A stretch of DNA of 47,571 bases from Solirubrobacterales bacterium (GTDB taxonomy: Bacteria > Actinomycetota > Thermoleophilia > Solirubrobacterales > 70-9). The stretch lies in contig DATAFA010000035.1 of NCBI GenBank assembly GCA_036257785.1, forward strand, positions 1-47,571. The letters run 5' to 3'. Positions 1 through 7,655 of the stretch are shown here, piece after piece (position 1 is the stretch's first letter; each line of letters opens with the position of its first letter). The position numbers were made by a program, and so were the translations under genes. Below the pieces are notes generated by a model, which had not been told where the DNA came from, did not search any database, and saw nothing but the letters and a program-made list of their open reading frames with translations.

Positions 1-1160
1 CCGATCACGCGCTCGTCCCGCTTGGCCTCGGCGACGAGGGCGTTCGCGAAGACCGCGGTGTAGGCGGGCGGCGCCGGCTTCGGCGCCGGGGTCTCGAGCT
101 TCTCGGGAGCGATCGAGGCGGGGGCGTCGGATTCGGTGACCGGCACCAGCTTCGGCTTCGGCTTCGGCTCCGCCTTCGGTTCGGCCGGTGCGGGTTCGCG
201 GTTGACGATCGAGCCGGGCTTCGCCGCGTGCCACTTCTCCATCCCCTCGAGGCCGCCCTCCTCGGCGGCCGCGAACCCCCGGCCCTTGACGGTGTGGATG
301 TGGACGACGATCGGCCGGTCGGCCTCGAACGCCTGCCGCAGCGCCCAGCGGATGTCGGCGACGTCGTGTCCGTCTATGACCCCCATGTAGGCGATCCCGA
401 GCTCCTCGAAGAGCAGGCCCGGCGCCCAGTAGGCCTTGATCGCCGACTTGATCTCGGGGCCGAGGCGCTCGATGCGCCGGCCGAGCCCGAGCGGCAGCTT
501 CGTCAATGCCTCCTCGACGTCCTCGCGGGCGTGGTAGAGGCGCGGGTTGAGGCGGAAGCGGTTGAAGTAGTGAGACAGGGCGCCGACGTTCGGCGAGATC
601 GACATGCCGTTGTCGTTGAGGACGATCACGATCGGCGTCTCCAGGCCGCCCGCCTGCTGGAGCGCCTCGTAGGCGACGCCGCCGGTCAGGGCGCCGTCGC
701 CGATCACGGCGACGACCTTGCCGTCGGGACCGATCCCGCGGCGCATCGCCTCCTTGAGGCCGACCGCGTAGCCGATCGAGGTCGAGGCGTGTCCGGCGCC
801 CATGATGTCGTGCGGAGACTCGGGGATCGAGCAGAACGGGGCGAGGCCGCCGTACTGGCGGATCGTCGCCAACCGGTCCCTGCGGCCGGTCAGGATCTTG
901 TGCGGGTACGCCTGATGGCCGACGTCCCAGAGGATCTTGTCCTGCGGGGACTCCATGAGGCTGTGCAGCGAGACCGCCAGCTCGCAGGTGCCGAGGTTGG
1001 CGCCGAAGTGGCCGCCGATCTCGCCGATCGTGTCGATGATCAGCTCACGGGTCTCCTGCGCGAGCTGCTGCAGCTGCTCGTCGTCGAGGCCCTCGAGGTC
1101 GGCCGGCCCATCGATCCGGTCGAGGAGGTGGGGAATGTCGGTGCGGTCGCTGTCGCTCAT
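1..1160 (-). CDS. dxs: 1-deoxy-D-xylulose-5-phosphate synthase, N-terminal ~386 codons (3' end lies beyond the window edge)
   Basis: Absent from the ORF track because it runs off the edge. My reverse-complement translation from ATG (1160-1158) gives MSDSDRTDIPHLLDRIDGPADLEGL..GHFGANLGTCELAVSLH..DKILWDVGHQAYPHKILTGRR..VIGDGALTGG..LNDNGMSIS. This is the TPP-binding half of Dxs. It lies downstream of xseB-ispA as in many bacteria. Confidence 0.9.
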   Translation of the reverse strand, partial: MSDSDRTDIPHLLDRIDGPADLEGLDDEQLQQLAQETRELIIDTIGEIGGHFGANLGTCELAVSLHSLMESPQDKILWDVGHQAYPHKILTGRRDRLATIRQYGGLAPFCSIPESPHDIMGAGHASTSIGYAVGLKEAMRRGIGPDGKVVAVIGDGALTGGVAYEALQQAGGLETPIVIVLNDNGMSISPNVGALSHYFNRFRLNPRLYHAREDVEEALTKLPLGLGRRIERLGPEIKSAIKAYWAPGLLFEELGIAYMGVIDGHDVADIRWALRQAFEADRPIVVHIHTVKGRGFAAAEEGGLEGMEKWHAAKPGSIVNREPAPAEPKAEPKPKPKLVPVTESDAPASIAPEKLETPAPKPAPPAYTAVFANALVAEAKRDERVI

Positions 1161-1269
1161 CTGCCCGGTGAGTCGTGCGGCCCGCTCTGAGCGGGCCTCC
1201 AGGATTGTCACAGGTTGCCCGCTCCAGGTCACGGCCAATCGCGGGAATGAAACGCGACTCGAGCGAAAC

Positions 1270-1338
1270 GGGCCCGGACGCAAGGTTGCATCCGGGCCCT
1301 GGTGACCTCGCAGCCGGCGGCAGCGGACTGCCACCGGC
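1270..1338 (-). terminator. Two tandem GC-rich hairpins downstream of the collagen-like gene
   Basis: 1313-1338: 11-bp stem (one G-U on the minus-strand RNA) with a 4-nt loop. 1270-1299: GGGCCCGGA..TCCGGGCCC outer stem plus inner pairs, followed on the minus strand by GUUUCGCUC. Both lie between the stop at 1355 and the dxs start at 1160. Confidence 0.4.
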
Positions 1339-1354
1339 CATCTTCATCCGGCGT

Positions 1355-2077
1355 TCAGCCGATCGCCGTGACGATGAGGTTGCCCCCCGCCTGACCGCCG
1401 TCGCTCTCCGCGGTCCGGACCGCTGCCCGGACCGACAACGTCGCGCCGCCGGCCGGGACGTCGAGGACCATGCTCCCGTTCGCCTGCGCGGCGTTGTTCC
1501 CGTCGTCGGGAACATCACCGGTCCACAGGGTGCCGCGGTTGACGCCGTCGAGGAACACCTTCGCGACCCCGTACTCGGTGCCGGCCGTGGGGCCGCCCTC
1601 GAAGTCGAAGAACTGCACGGTTCCCTCGACCTTGTACGTCCCTTCGTCGAGCTCCACCGGCTCGATCAGGTCAGTGCCGGTGTCTGACGTCGGGCCGCCG
1701 CTATTCACCGGCAGGGCCGGTACGTCGACGACGCTGGTTCCAGGGAACTCCGTGCTCGGCGGCGTGATCTCCTGGGCGACGACCGCCTCACCCGCCGGGC
1801 CCTGCGGGCCGACGTCGCCCTGTGGTCCCCGCGGGCCCCTGCGGCCCTTCGGTCCACGTTCGCCGCGTTCGCCCTGGAGGTCGCGCCTGGCCTGGTTGCT
1901 GAAGTCCTTGCTCTTCAGCGTCCGGTTCTCGATCTTGCTGCTCGCCACCGAGTTGCGAACGAGGTTCTTGCCGTCGATCCTCGACGCAGCGTATGCACCA
2001 CCCGTCGTAGCAACGACGAGCGCGATGATCGCGACGACCATCGACCCACTCGGCTTGTGCGCATGTACGTACCTCAT
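1355..2077 (-). CDS. Membrane-anchored collagen-like repeat protein with a C-terminal beta-rich globular domain
   Basis: 240-aa ORF. N-terminal TM segment (MVVAIIALVVATTGGAYA), ten uninterrupted G-X-Y triplets (GERGERGPKGRRGPRGPQGDVGPQGPAGEA), then ~140 aa rich in beta-type residues. High GC3 except the first codons. Confidence 0.75.
   Translation of the reverse strand: MRYVHAHKPSGSMVVAIIALVVATTGGAYAASRIDGKNLVRNSVASSKIENRTLKSKDFSNQARRDLQGERGERGPKGRRGPRGPQGDVGPQGPAGEAVVAQEITPPSTEFPGTSVVDVPALPVNSGGPTSDTGTDLIEPVELDEGTYKVEGTVQFFDFEGGPTAGTEYGVAKVFLDGVNRGTLWTGDVPDDGNNAAQANGSMVLDVPAGGATLSVRAAVRTAESDGGQAGGNLIVTAIG
1784..1873 (-). repeat. 10 x G-X-Y collagen triple-helix coding repeat
   Basis: Codons 69-98 of the 1355-2077 ORF read directly as GER GER GPK GRR GPR GPQ GDV GPQ GPA GEA. 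Confidence 0.85.
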
Positions 2078-2213
2078 GTACGTATCCCTTCTCTCGTAAT
2101 GTTCGTACGTCCCCGGCTGGGCGGCGAGCGCTGTTCTCCCCCGGTAGCTCGATCGTTCTCCGACCGGGACGTACCCTGCACGGACAACCTAGTGGGTTTC
2201 GCGGATGTGTGTG

Positions 2214-3080
2214 TCAGGAAGTGCGGGTGAAAATGAAGTCGGTAATTTGGTGTAGTGCGGTTGTTTCACCATTGGCCGTACGCAATGACGTGAGTGCCTT
2301 TTGGTGTGACTCCGCCGCCAGCTCCCTTGCCCGTTCCAATCCGTAGAGGCTCACGTAGGTGACCTTGCCGTGGCGCTCGTCGGAGCCGCTCGGCTTGCCG
2401 AGCTCGGCATCGCTGCCGGTGACGTCGAGGATGTCGTCGACGATCTGAAACAGCAGGCCGAGCTCGGTCGCGAAGCGCCGGTATGGCGCCTCCTCCTCGG
2501 CGAGGAGTCCGGCCAGCGCGAGGGGCGCGATGACGCTGGCGGCGATCAGCCGGCCCGTCTTCAGGGAATGGAGCAGCCGCAGCGAGTCGGAGTCGTCCCC
2601 GCTGCCGATCACGTCCAGGTACTGGCCGCCGACCATCCCGTCGACTCCGGTGGCCGCGGCGACCTCGCGGACGGCGGCGAGGACGTTGTCGGAATCGCCG
2701 CGTTGCTCGCAGGCCAGCCGGATCGCTTCCGCGAAGAGAGCGTCGCCGGCCAGGATCGCGACGTCCTCCCCGTGGGCGACGTGGGACGTCGGCCGACCGC
2801 GGCGAAGGTCGTCATCGTCCATCGCCGGCAGGTCGTCGTGGATCAGCGAGTAGGTGTGGATCAGCTCCAGGGAGGATGCGATCGGGAGCAGCTCCGCCGG
2901 CTCGATCCCGAGGGCGCGGCCGGTCGCCAGGCAGAGCACCGGCCGGATCCGCTTGCCGCCGGCGAGCAGCGAGTAGCGCATCGCGTCCTCGAGCCCGGTC
3001 GTCTCCGGGCGCGGCGAGTAGGAGAGCCGCTCGAGGTGGTCCTCGACCAGCTTCCGGAGGTCATCCGGGTATTCGTCCAC
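2214..3080 (-). CDS. ispA: Polyprenyl (farnesyl/geranylgeranyl) diphosphate synthase
   Basis: 288 aa. First Asp-rich motif LIHDDLPAMDDDDLRRGRPT, second QIVDDILD. Sits in the xseB-ispA-(dxs) context. Confidence 0.9.
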   Translation of the reverse strand: MDEYPDDLRKLVEDHLERLSYSPRPETTGLEDAMRYSLLAGGKRIRPVLCLATGRALGIEPAELLPIASSLELIHTYSLIHDDLPAMDDDDLRRGRPTSHVAHGEDVAILAGDALFAEAIRLACEQRGDSDNVLAAVREVAAATGVDGMVGGQYLDVIGSGDDSDSLRLLHSLKTGRLIAASVIAPLALAGLLAEEEAPYRRFATELGLLFQIVDDILDVTGSDAELGKPSGSDERHGKVTYVSLYGLERARELAAESHQKALTSLRTANGETTALHQITDFIFTRTS

Positions 3081-3083
3081 GGC

Positions 3084-3284
3084 TCAGGAGCTCTCGGCGC
3101 GCTCCGCCGCCGCGCGGGCCGCGTCGGCCGCGGTCGCGCCGGCCTCGGCGGCGATCCGCGCCGCCTCCTTGGCGAGCCCGACGGCGGCGTCATCGCCGGT
3201 CGCCGGGTCGGCGAGCTCGGCGGCGATCGCCTCGAGGCGGGCCGAGGCCTGGCGAAGCTCCTCGATGCCGGGGCTCCCGCTCAC
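3084..3284 (-). CDS. xseB: Exodeoxyribonuclease VII small subunit-like protein
   Basis: 66-aa helical Ala/Glu-rich ORF directly upstream of ispA. GTGA overlap with the nusB stop (3281-3284) and a 3-nt gap to ispA. Assignment rests mainly on size and the conserved xseB-ispA position; sequence similarity is only loose. Confidence 0.5.
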   Translation of the reverse strand: MSGSPGIEELRQASARLEAIAAELADPATGDDAAVGLAKEAARIAAEAGATAADAARAAAERAESS

Positions 3285-3673
3285 GCCCGCGCCTCCTCCC
3301 CGGCCTCGATGCCGCGGGCGACGGCGGAGAGGACGCCGTTGACGAAGCCGGGAGCATCGGTGCCGCAGAAGCGGCGGGTGATCGACACCGCCTCGTCGAT
3401 CGAGACGGGCACCGGGATCTCCTCCCGATGCAGCATCTCGAACACCGCGACCCGCATGATGCCGCGCTCGAGCGGGGCAATCCGGTTGATCGTCCAGCCG
3501 TGCGAGTTCGCGGCGATCACGCCGTCGATCTCGGCGAGGTGGGCATCGGCGCCGGTCGCGAGTTCACGAGTGAACGGCTTCGTGCCGGCGAGCAGGTCGT
3601 CGAGCGCGCGGCCGGTCACGTCGCGCTGGTAGAGCGCGAAGGCGGCGTCACGGCGTTGATCTGATCGGCGCAC
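3281..3673 (-). CDS. nusB: Transcription antitermination factor NusB
   Basis: C-terminal 130 codons of track ORF 3281-4387: RRDAAFALYQRD..INRIAPLERGIMRVAVFEML..IDEAVSITRRFCGTDAPGFVNGVL. Trimmed to GTG at 3673 because the upstream part overlaps efp and is low-complexity. Confidence 0.85.
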   Translation of the reverse strand: MRRSDQRRDAAFALYQRDVTGRALDDLLAGTKPFTRELATGADAHLAEIDGVIAANSHGWTINRIAPLERGIMRVAVFEMLHREEIPVPVSIDEAVSITRRFCGTDAPGFVNGVLSAVARGIEAGEEARA

Positions 3674-3711
3674 GCGGGGGAGGTTACGCGCACCGGTGGC
3701 CCGCCCGCCCG

Positions 3712-3756
3712 CGAGACCGAGGAAGTCAACGGATATGGAGAAGTTCCTCGGTCTCG
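3712..3756 (-). other. 13-bp perfect stem-loop in the efp-nusB intergenic region
   Basis: CGAGACCGAGGAA (3712-3724) and TTCCTCGGTCTCG (3744-3756) are exact reverse complements with a 19-nt loop. No U-tract follows on the minus strand. Confidence 0.35.
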
Positions 3757-3789
3757 GCGGGATCGGGCCGCCGGATCGGGCCGTCGCGC

Positions 3790-4353
3790 TCAGGCGCGCG
3801 AGACGTACTCGCCGGAGCGGGTGTCGACCCGGACCTTCTCGCCCTCCTCGATGAAGAGGGGAACCTCGATGGTGACGCCGGTCTCCAGGGTTGCCGGCTT
3901 GGAGCCGCCGCCGGAGGCGGTGTCGCCCTTGAGGCCCGGCTGGGTCTCGGTCACCGCGAGGTCGACCGCGCTCGGGATCTGGACGCCGACGGCCCGCTCG
4001 TCGACGAAGAGGATCTCGACCTCGTCGTTCGGGCGGACCCAGCGCATCGAGTCCCGGTCGAGGTCGGACGGGACCTCGAGCTGCTCGTAGCTCTGGTTGT
4101 CCATGAAGACCTGAGCGTCGCCGGAGTTGTAGAGGTACTGCATGCGGCGCGTCTCGGTGCGGACCGGCCGGAACTTCTCCCCGGCCCGGAACGTCTTGTC
4201 GATGACCGAGCCGTCCTCGACGCGGCGCAGCTTCGTCCGCACGAACGCCCCGCCCTTGCCCGGCTTGACGTGCTGGAACCCCATGATCCGGAAGACCTTG
4301 CCGTCGACCTCGAGATGGGTCCCGTTCTTGAACTGATTGGTCGATATGGACAC
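3790..4353 (-). CDS. efp: Elongation factor P
   Basis: 187 aa. FKNGTHLEVDGKVFRIMGFQHVKPGKGGAFVRTKLRRV..VTETQPGLKGDTASGGGSKPATLETG. AGGAG lies 5 nt upstream of the GTG start. Confidence 0.95.
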   Translation of the reverse strand: MSISTNQFKNGTHLEVDGKVFRIMGFQHVKPGKGGAFVRTKLRRVEDGSVIDKTFRAGEKFRPVRTETRRMQYLYNSGDAQVFMDNQSYEQLEVPSDLDRDSMRWVRPNDEVEILFVDERAVGVQIPSAVDLAVTETQPGLKGDTASGGGSKPATLETGVTIEVPLFIEEGEKVRVDTRSGEYVSRA

Positions 4354-4453
4354 ACAGACTCCTGTCGTCGGCTCGCGCCCTTGTCAAGCCGCCCCGTCGA
4401 TCGTAGATGCTGGCGGGGGATCACTGCCCGGCCGGCTCCCTGGCTCCTGGAAT

Positions 4454-5728
4454 TCAAGCCAATCCGACTGCCTGGGTGCAGGCGCCGATCAGGCCGCAGC
4501 CCAGGACCACATAGAGCACAGTCATCTTGCCGTGCCAGCGGTTGAGGACGAGGAAGGCGCCGATCGCGAGGAGCGCGGTCCAGCCGTCGACGACGCTGGT
4601 GTCGACGATGTCGACGGTGACCGCGGCGATCAGCCCGATGACACCGGCGGCGACGCCGAGCAGGAACGGATGAAGGCGAGCGTTCTCGGCGACCGCCACG
4701 AGCTGGCGGTGGAGGAAGATCGGGAAGCAGAAGGCAGGAATGAAGATCCCGAGCGTCATCACCAGGGCGCCGGTGAGGCCGCCGGCGACGTAGCCGACGA
4801 AGGTCGAGAAGATGATCAGTGGCGCCGGTAGCACTCCGCTCATCGCCAGGCCGTCGACGAACTGCTCGTTCGTGAGCCAGTGGTGCACGTTCACTGAGCT
4901 CTCCTGAAGGAAGGGGATCACGGTGAAGGCCCCGCCGAAGGTGAGCAGGCCCGCCTTGAGGCCCGCCCAGAAGATCGTCGCCGTCAGCGAGACCGTGATC
5001 GCGCCGGCGAGGAAGATCAGGGCGGCGGGGGCGAGCGAGAACGAATGGGTTTGGTGCAGCCAGCGCCCGCGGTTGGTCCAGACTTCGTAGAGGAGCCCGG
5101 CACCGATCAGCACGAGGACGAAGCTGGCGTCGAGGGAGAGCGTCAGGACGAAGGCCGCGACCGCGATCAGCGCGAGCGGGACGTCGGTGATGAAGTTGCC
5201 GCTGAGCCGGACCAGGGCGCGGGCAACGATCGCTCCGACGGCGGCCGAGAGCCCGTAGAAGAGCTCGTCGAGATGGCCTGCGAGGTTGGCTTCGACGTAG
5301 AGGATCGAGAGCGCCAGCATCAGGACGAAGCCGGGCAGCATGAAGCCGAGCCCGGCCAGGAACCCGCCGAGCTTGCCGCCCCGGTGACGGCCGAAATAGA
5401 CGCAGAGCTCGTGCGCCTCCGGCCCCGGGAGGATCTGGTAGACCGCAAGCGTCTTCTTGAAGGTCTCGTCGGAGACCCAGCCGAGCTCGTCGACGCACTC
5501 CCTCTTGATCATCGCGATCTGGGCGGCGGGCCCGCCCCATGCGAGCGCGCCGAACTTCAGGAAGCGGAGAAAGATCGCGGCCGGAGAGTCGTGCTTTTCG
5601 GCCGCGGAGCTCAGGCGGACGAAGGCTATCCGGAAATCTCTGCGATCACTCGGCAAGATGCCGCTGCCCACACGGTGTCGACGGACGGTGGGACAGACCG
5701 GATATCGACTTCCTGCATCGTTGGACAT
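4454..5728 (-). CDS. chrA: Chromate transporter (CHR family, two-domain ChrA)
   Basis: FLRFLKFGALAWGGPAAQIAMI..YQILPGPEAHEL.. and a second half GLLTFGGAFTVIPFLQ..MSGVLPAPLIIF. The start is uncertain. The first ~25 codons after ATG 5728 have low GC3, so GTG 5671 or TTG 5656 are plausible alternatives. Confidence 0.8.
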   Translation of the reverse strand: MSNDAGSRYPVCPTVRRHRVGSGILPSDRRDFRIAFVRLSSAAEKHDSPAAIFLRFLKFGALAWGGPAAQIAMIKRECVDELGWVSDETFKKTLAVYQILPGPEAHELCVYFGRHRGGKLGGFLAGLGFMLPGFVLMLALSILYVEANLAGHLDELFYGLSAAVGAIVARALVRLSGNFITDVPLALIAVAAFVLTLSLDASFVLVLIGAGLLYEVWTNRGRWLHQTHSFSLAPAALIFLAGAITVSLTATIFWAGLKAGLLTFGGAFTVIPFLQESSVNVHHWLTNEQFVDGLAMSGVLPAPLIIFSTFVGYVAGGLTGALVMTLGIFIPAFCFPIFLHRQLVAVAENARLHPFLLGVAAGVIGLIAAVTVDIVDTSVVDGWTALLAIGAFLVLNRWHGKMTVLYVVLGCGLIGACTQAVGLA

Positions 5729-5815
5729 CGTGGCGGTTGACCACCCGCGCGGGCGGGGCGAGGATCGGCGGGAGGCGTCGTCAGGCCGGCGTCCGTCCCG
5801 TCCGAGAGGAGACCC

Positions 5816-6280
5816 ATGAAGATGCGATTGCTGGTCGCGCTGATGTTCGGCGCGGTCGCGGTGTTCGCTGCGGGATGCGGCAGCGACGACGACTCGACCG
5901 AAACGACGACGATCTCCGTCGTCGAGCGAGCGGAGACCGACGTGCTCCAGCACATCGGTCCCGCCAGCGAGAAGGATTCGACCGGCGACATCCTCGGGTT
6001 CGCCAACGACCTGTACGACGAGAACAACGAGTCGAAGGTCGGAAGCGACAACGGGTTCTGCATCCGGACCGCCCCCGGGGAGGCGTTCGAGTGCGCCTGG
6101 ACCGCGAGCCTCGATGGCGGTCAGATCACCGTCCAGGGGCCGTTCCTGGACGCCGACGACTCGGAGCTGGCGATCACCGGCGGCACCGGGGACTACGAGA
6201 ACGCGTCGGGGACGATGAGCCTTCACGCACGCAACGCGGAGGGCACCGAGTACGACTTCACCTACGAGGTGAACAAGTAG
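5816..6280 (+). CDS. Secreted lipoprotein with allene-oxide-cyclase/dirigent-like barrel signature
   Basis: 154 aa. Signal peptide plus lipobox (VFAAGC). C-terminal ITGGTGDYENASG resembles the GGTGxFxxARG motif of dirigent/AOC barrels. Confidence 0.65.
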   Translation: MKMRLLVALMFGAVAVFAAGCGSDDDSTETTTISVVERAETDVLQHIGPASEKDSTGDILGFANDLYDENNESKVGSDNGFCIRTAPGEAFECAWTASLDGGQITVQGPFLDADDSELAITGGTGDYENASGTMSLHARNAEGTEYDFTYEVNK

Positions 6281-6296
6281 GAGCAGCGGCGGGATC

Positions 6297-6322
6297 GCGT
6301 CGCCGGCTCAGGCCGGCGACGC
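6297..6322 (+). terminator. Hairpin after the lipoprotein gene
   Basis: GCGTCGCCGGC-tcag-GCCGGCGACGC, a perfect 11-bp stem 17 nt after the stop. No T-tract. Confidence 0.35.
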
Positions 6323-6368
6323 ACCCGCCATCCGCAACCCGGCGCAGTGGCGTAGCTTCCCCCCGACC

Positions 6369-7655
6369 GTGGCCGCCCCCCGACTCTCCGACCCGCTGAC
6401 GCTCCCCTGCGGCCTGACGCTGGCCAACCGGCTCGGGCGAGCGGCGATGACCGAGGCGCTGTCGGATCGCCGCAACGACCCGACGGTCCGCCACGACCGC
6501 CTCTACGCGGCCAACGCCCGCGGCGGTGCCGGCCTCGTGCTGACCGGGAACGTGATGGTCGACCGCGGCCACCTCGAGCGGGCCCGGAACATCGTCGTCG
6601 ACGCGGCCACCGACACGGCGGCGCTGCGGCGCATGGCGAAGAGCGCCGCCGCGACCCCGACGCTCGTCCAGCTCGCCCACCCGGGTCGCCAGGTCAACCG
6701 CTACGTGCAGCCGCGGCCGGTCTCCCCCTCCGGCGGCCCCGGGGTGAAGCTCGCCGGCGCCTTCGCGACGCCCCGGGCGCTGACCGAGGATGAGATCGAC
6801 GAGATCCGCGCCCGCTTCGTCGACGCCGCCCGCCGGGTCGTCGACGCGGGCTTCCCCGGCGTCCAGATCCACGGCGCGCACGGCTACCTGATCAGCAGCT
6901 TCCTCGACCCGGAGCGGAACCGGCGCGACGATGCCTACGGCGGCGACCTCGACGGCCGCGCCCGGTTGCTGCTCGAGATCGTCGCGGGCATGCGCGAGAC
7001 CCTGCCGGCGGGCTCCCCGGTCGCGGTCAAGCTCGACGGCCGCGACGGCGCCGAGGACGAGCTGGCCGATCTCGGCCGCCGGCTCGAGACCGCCGGCATC
7101 GACCTGATCGAGGTCTCAGGCGGCAACTACGAGCGCCCGGCGATGGTCGGCTACGAGGCGGACGGCACCGAGATCCGCTCCGAGCACGAGTCGCCGTTCT
7201 GGAACGCGGCCGCGGCGCTCAACGCCGCCGTCACGGTGCCGGTGATGCTCACCGGCGGCTTCCGGACCCGCGCCGAGGTCGACCGCGCCCTCGCCGCCGG
7301 CGTCTGCACGATGGTCGGCGCCGGCCGGCCGCTGGCGGTCCGGCCGGACCTGGCGGGCCGCTTCGTCCGCGGCGAGACCACCGTCCTCGACCGTCCCGGC
7401 CCCCGCCTCGGCGGCCCCGCGCCGGTCAGGCAGCTCCTCGGCGCCGCGGCGGGCACCGGCTGGCATCGGATCCAGCTCGGGCGCACCGGCGCCGGCCGGC
7501 CGCCGCTGCTTCGGGTCCCGCCCCTGCTCGCCGCGTTCGACTACACCACGGTCGACTGGGCGCAGGCGCTGGTCGCCCGCCGCGAGCGGATGGCGCTGGC
7601 CGGGCGGACGCCCGCCCCCGAGCCGGTTCCCCGGAATCTCCCCCGATCGGATTAG
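6369..7655 (+). CDS. Old Yellow Enzyme family NADH:flavin oxidoreductase
   Basis: 428 aa. VQLAHPGRQ, GVQIHGAHGYLISSFLDPERNRRDDAYGG, TIM-barrel OYE pattern. Confidence 0.85.
   Translation: MAAPRLSDPLTLPCGLTLANRLGRAAMTEALSDRRNDPTVRHDRLYAANARGGAGLVLTGNVMVDRGHLERARNIVVDAATDTAALRRMAKSAAATPTLVQLAHPGRQVNRYVQPRPVSPSGGPGVKLAGAFATPRALTEDEIDEIRARFVDAARRVVDAGFPGVQIHGAHGYLISSFLDPERNRRDDAYGGDLDGRARLLLEIVAGMRETLPAGSPVAVKLDGRDGAEDELADLGRRLETAGIDLIEVSGGNYERPAMVGYEADGTEIRSEHESPFWNAAAALNAAVTVPVMLTGGFRTRAEVDRALAAGVCTMVGAGRPLAVRPDLAGRFVRGETTVLDRPGPRLGGPAPVRQLLGAAAGTGWHRIQLGRTGAGRPPLLRVPPLLAAFDYTTVDWAQALVARRERMALAGRTPAPEPVPRNLPRSD

Noticed and set aside
3674-4387. 5' extensions of track ORFs: nusB to 4387, pepP to 13919, pilN to 19612, DUF4396 to 30853, chrA to 6226, yidC to 11452, hydantoinase-like to 38908, MFS from 43185, DUF1269 from 30772.
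   Set aside because: The extended parts overlap well-supported upstream genes or are low-complexity. Internal starts that abut or overlap the upstream stop (GTGA/ATGA/TTGA) give family-typical N-termini.
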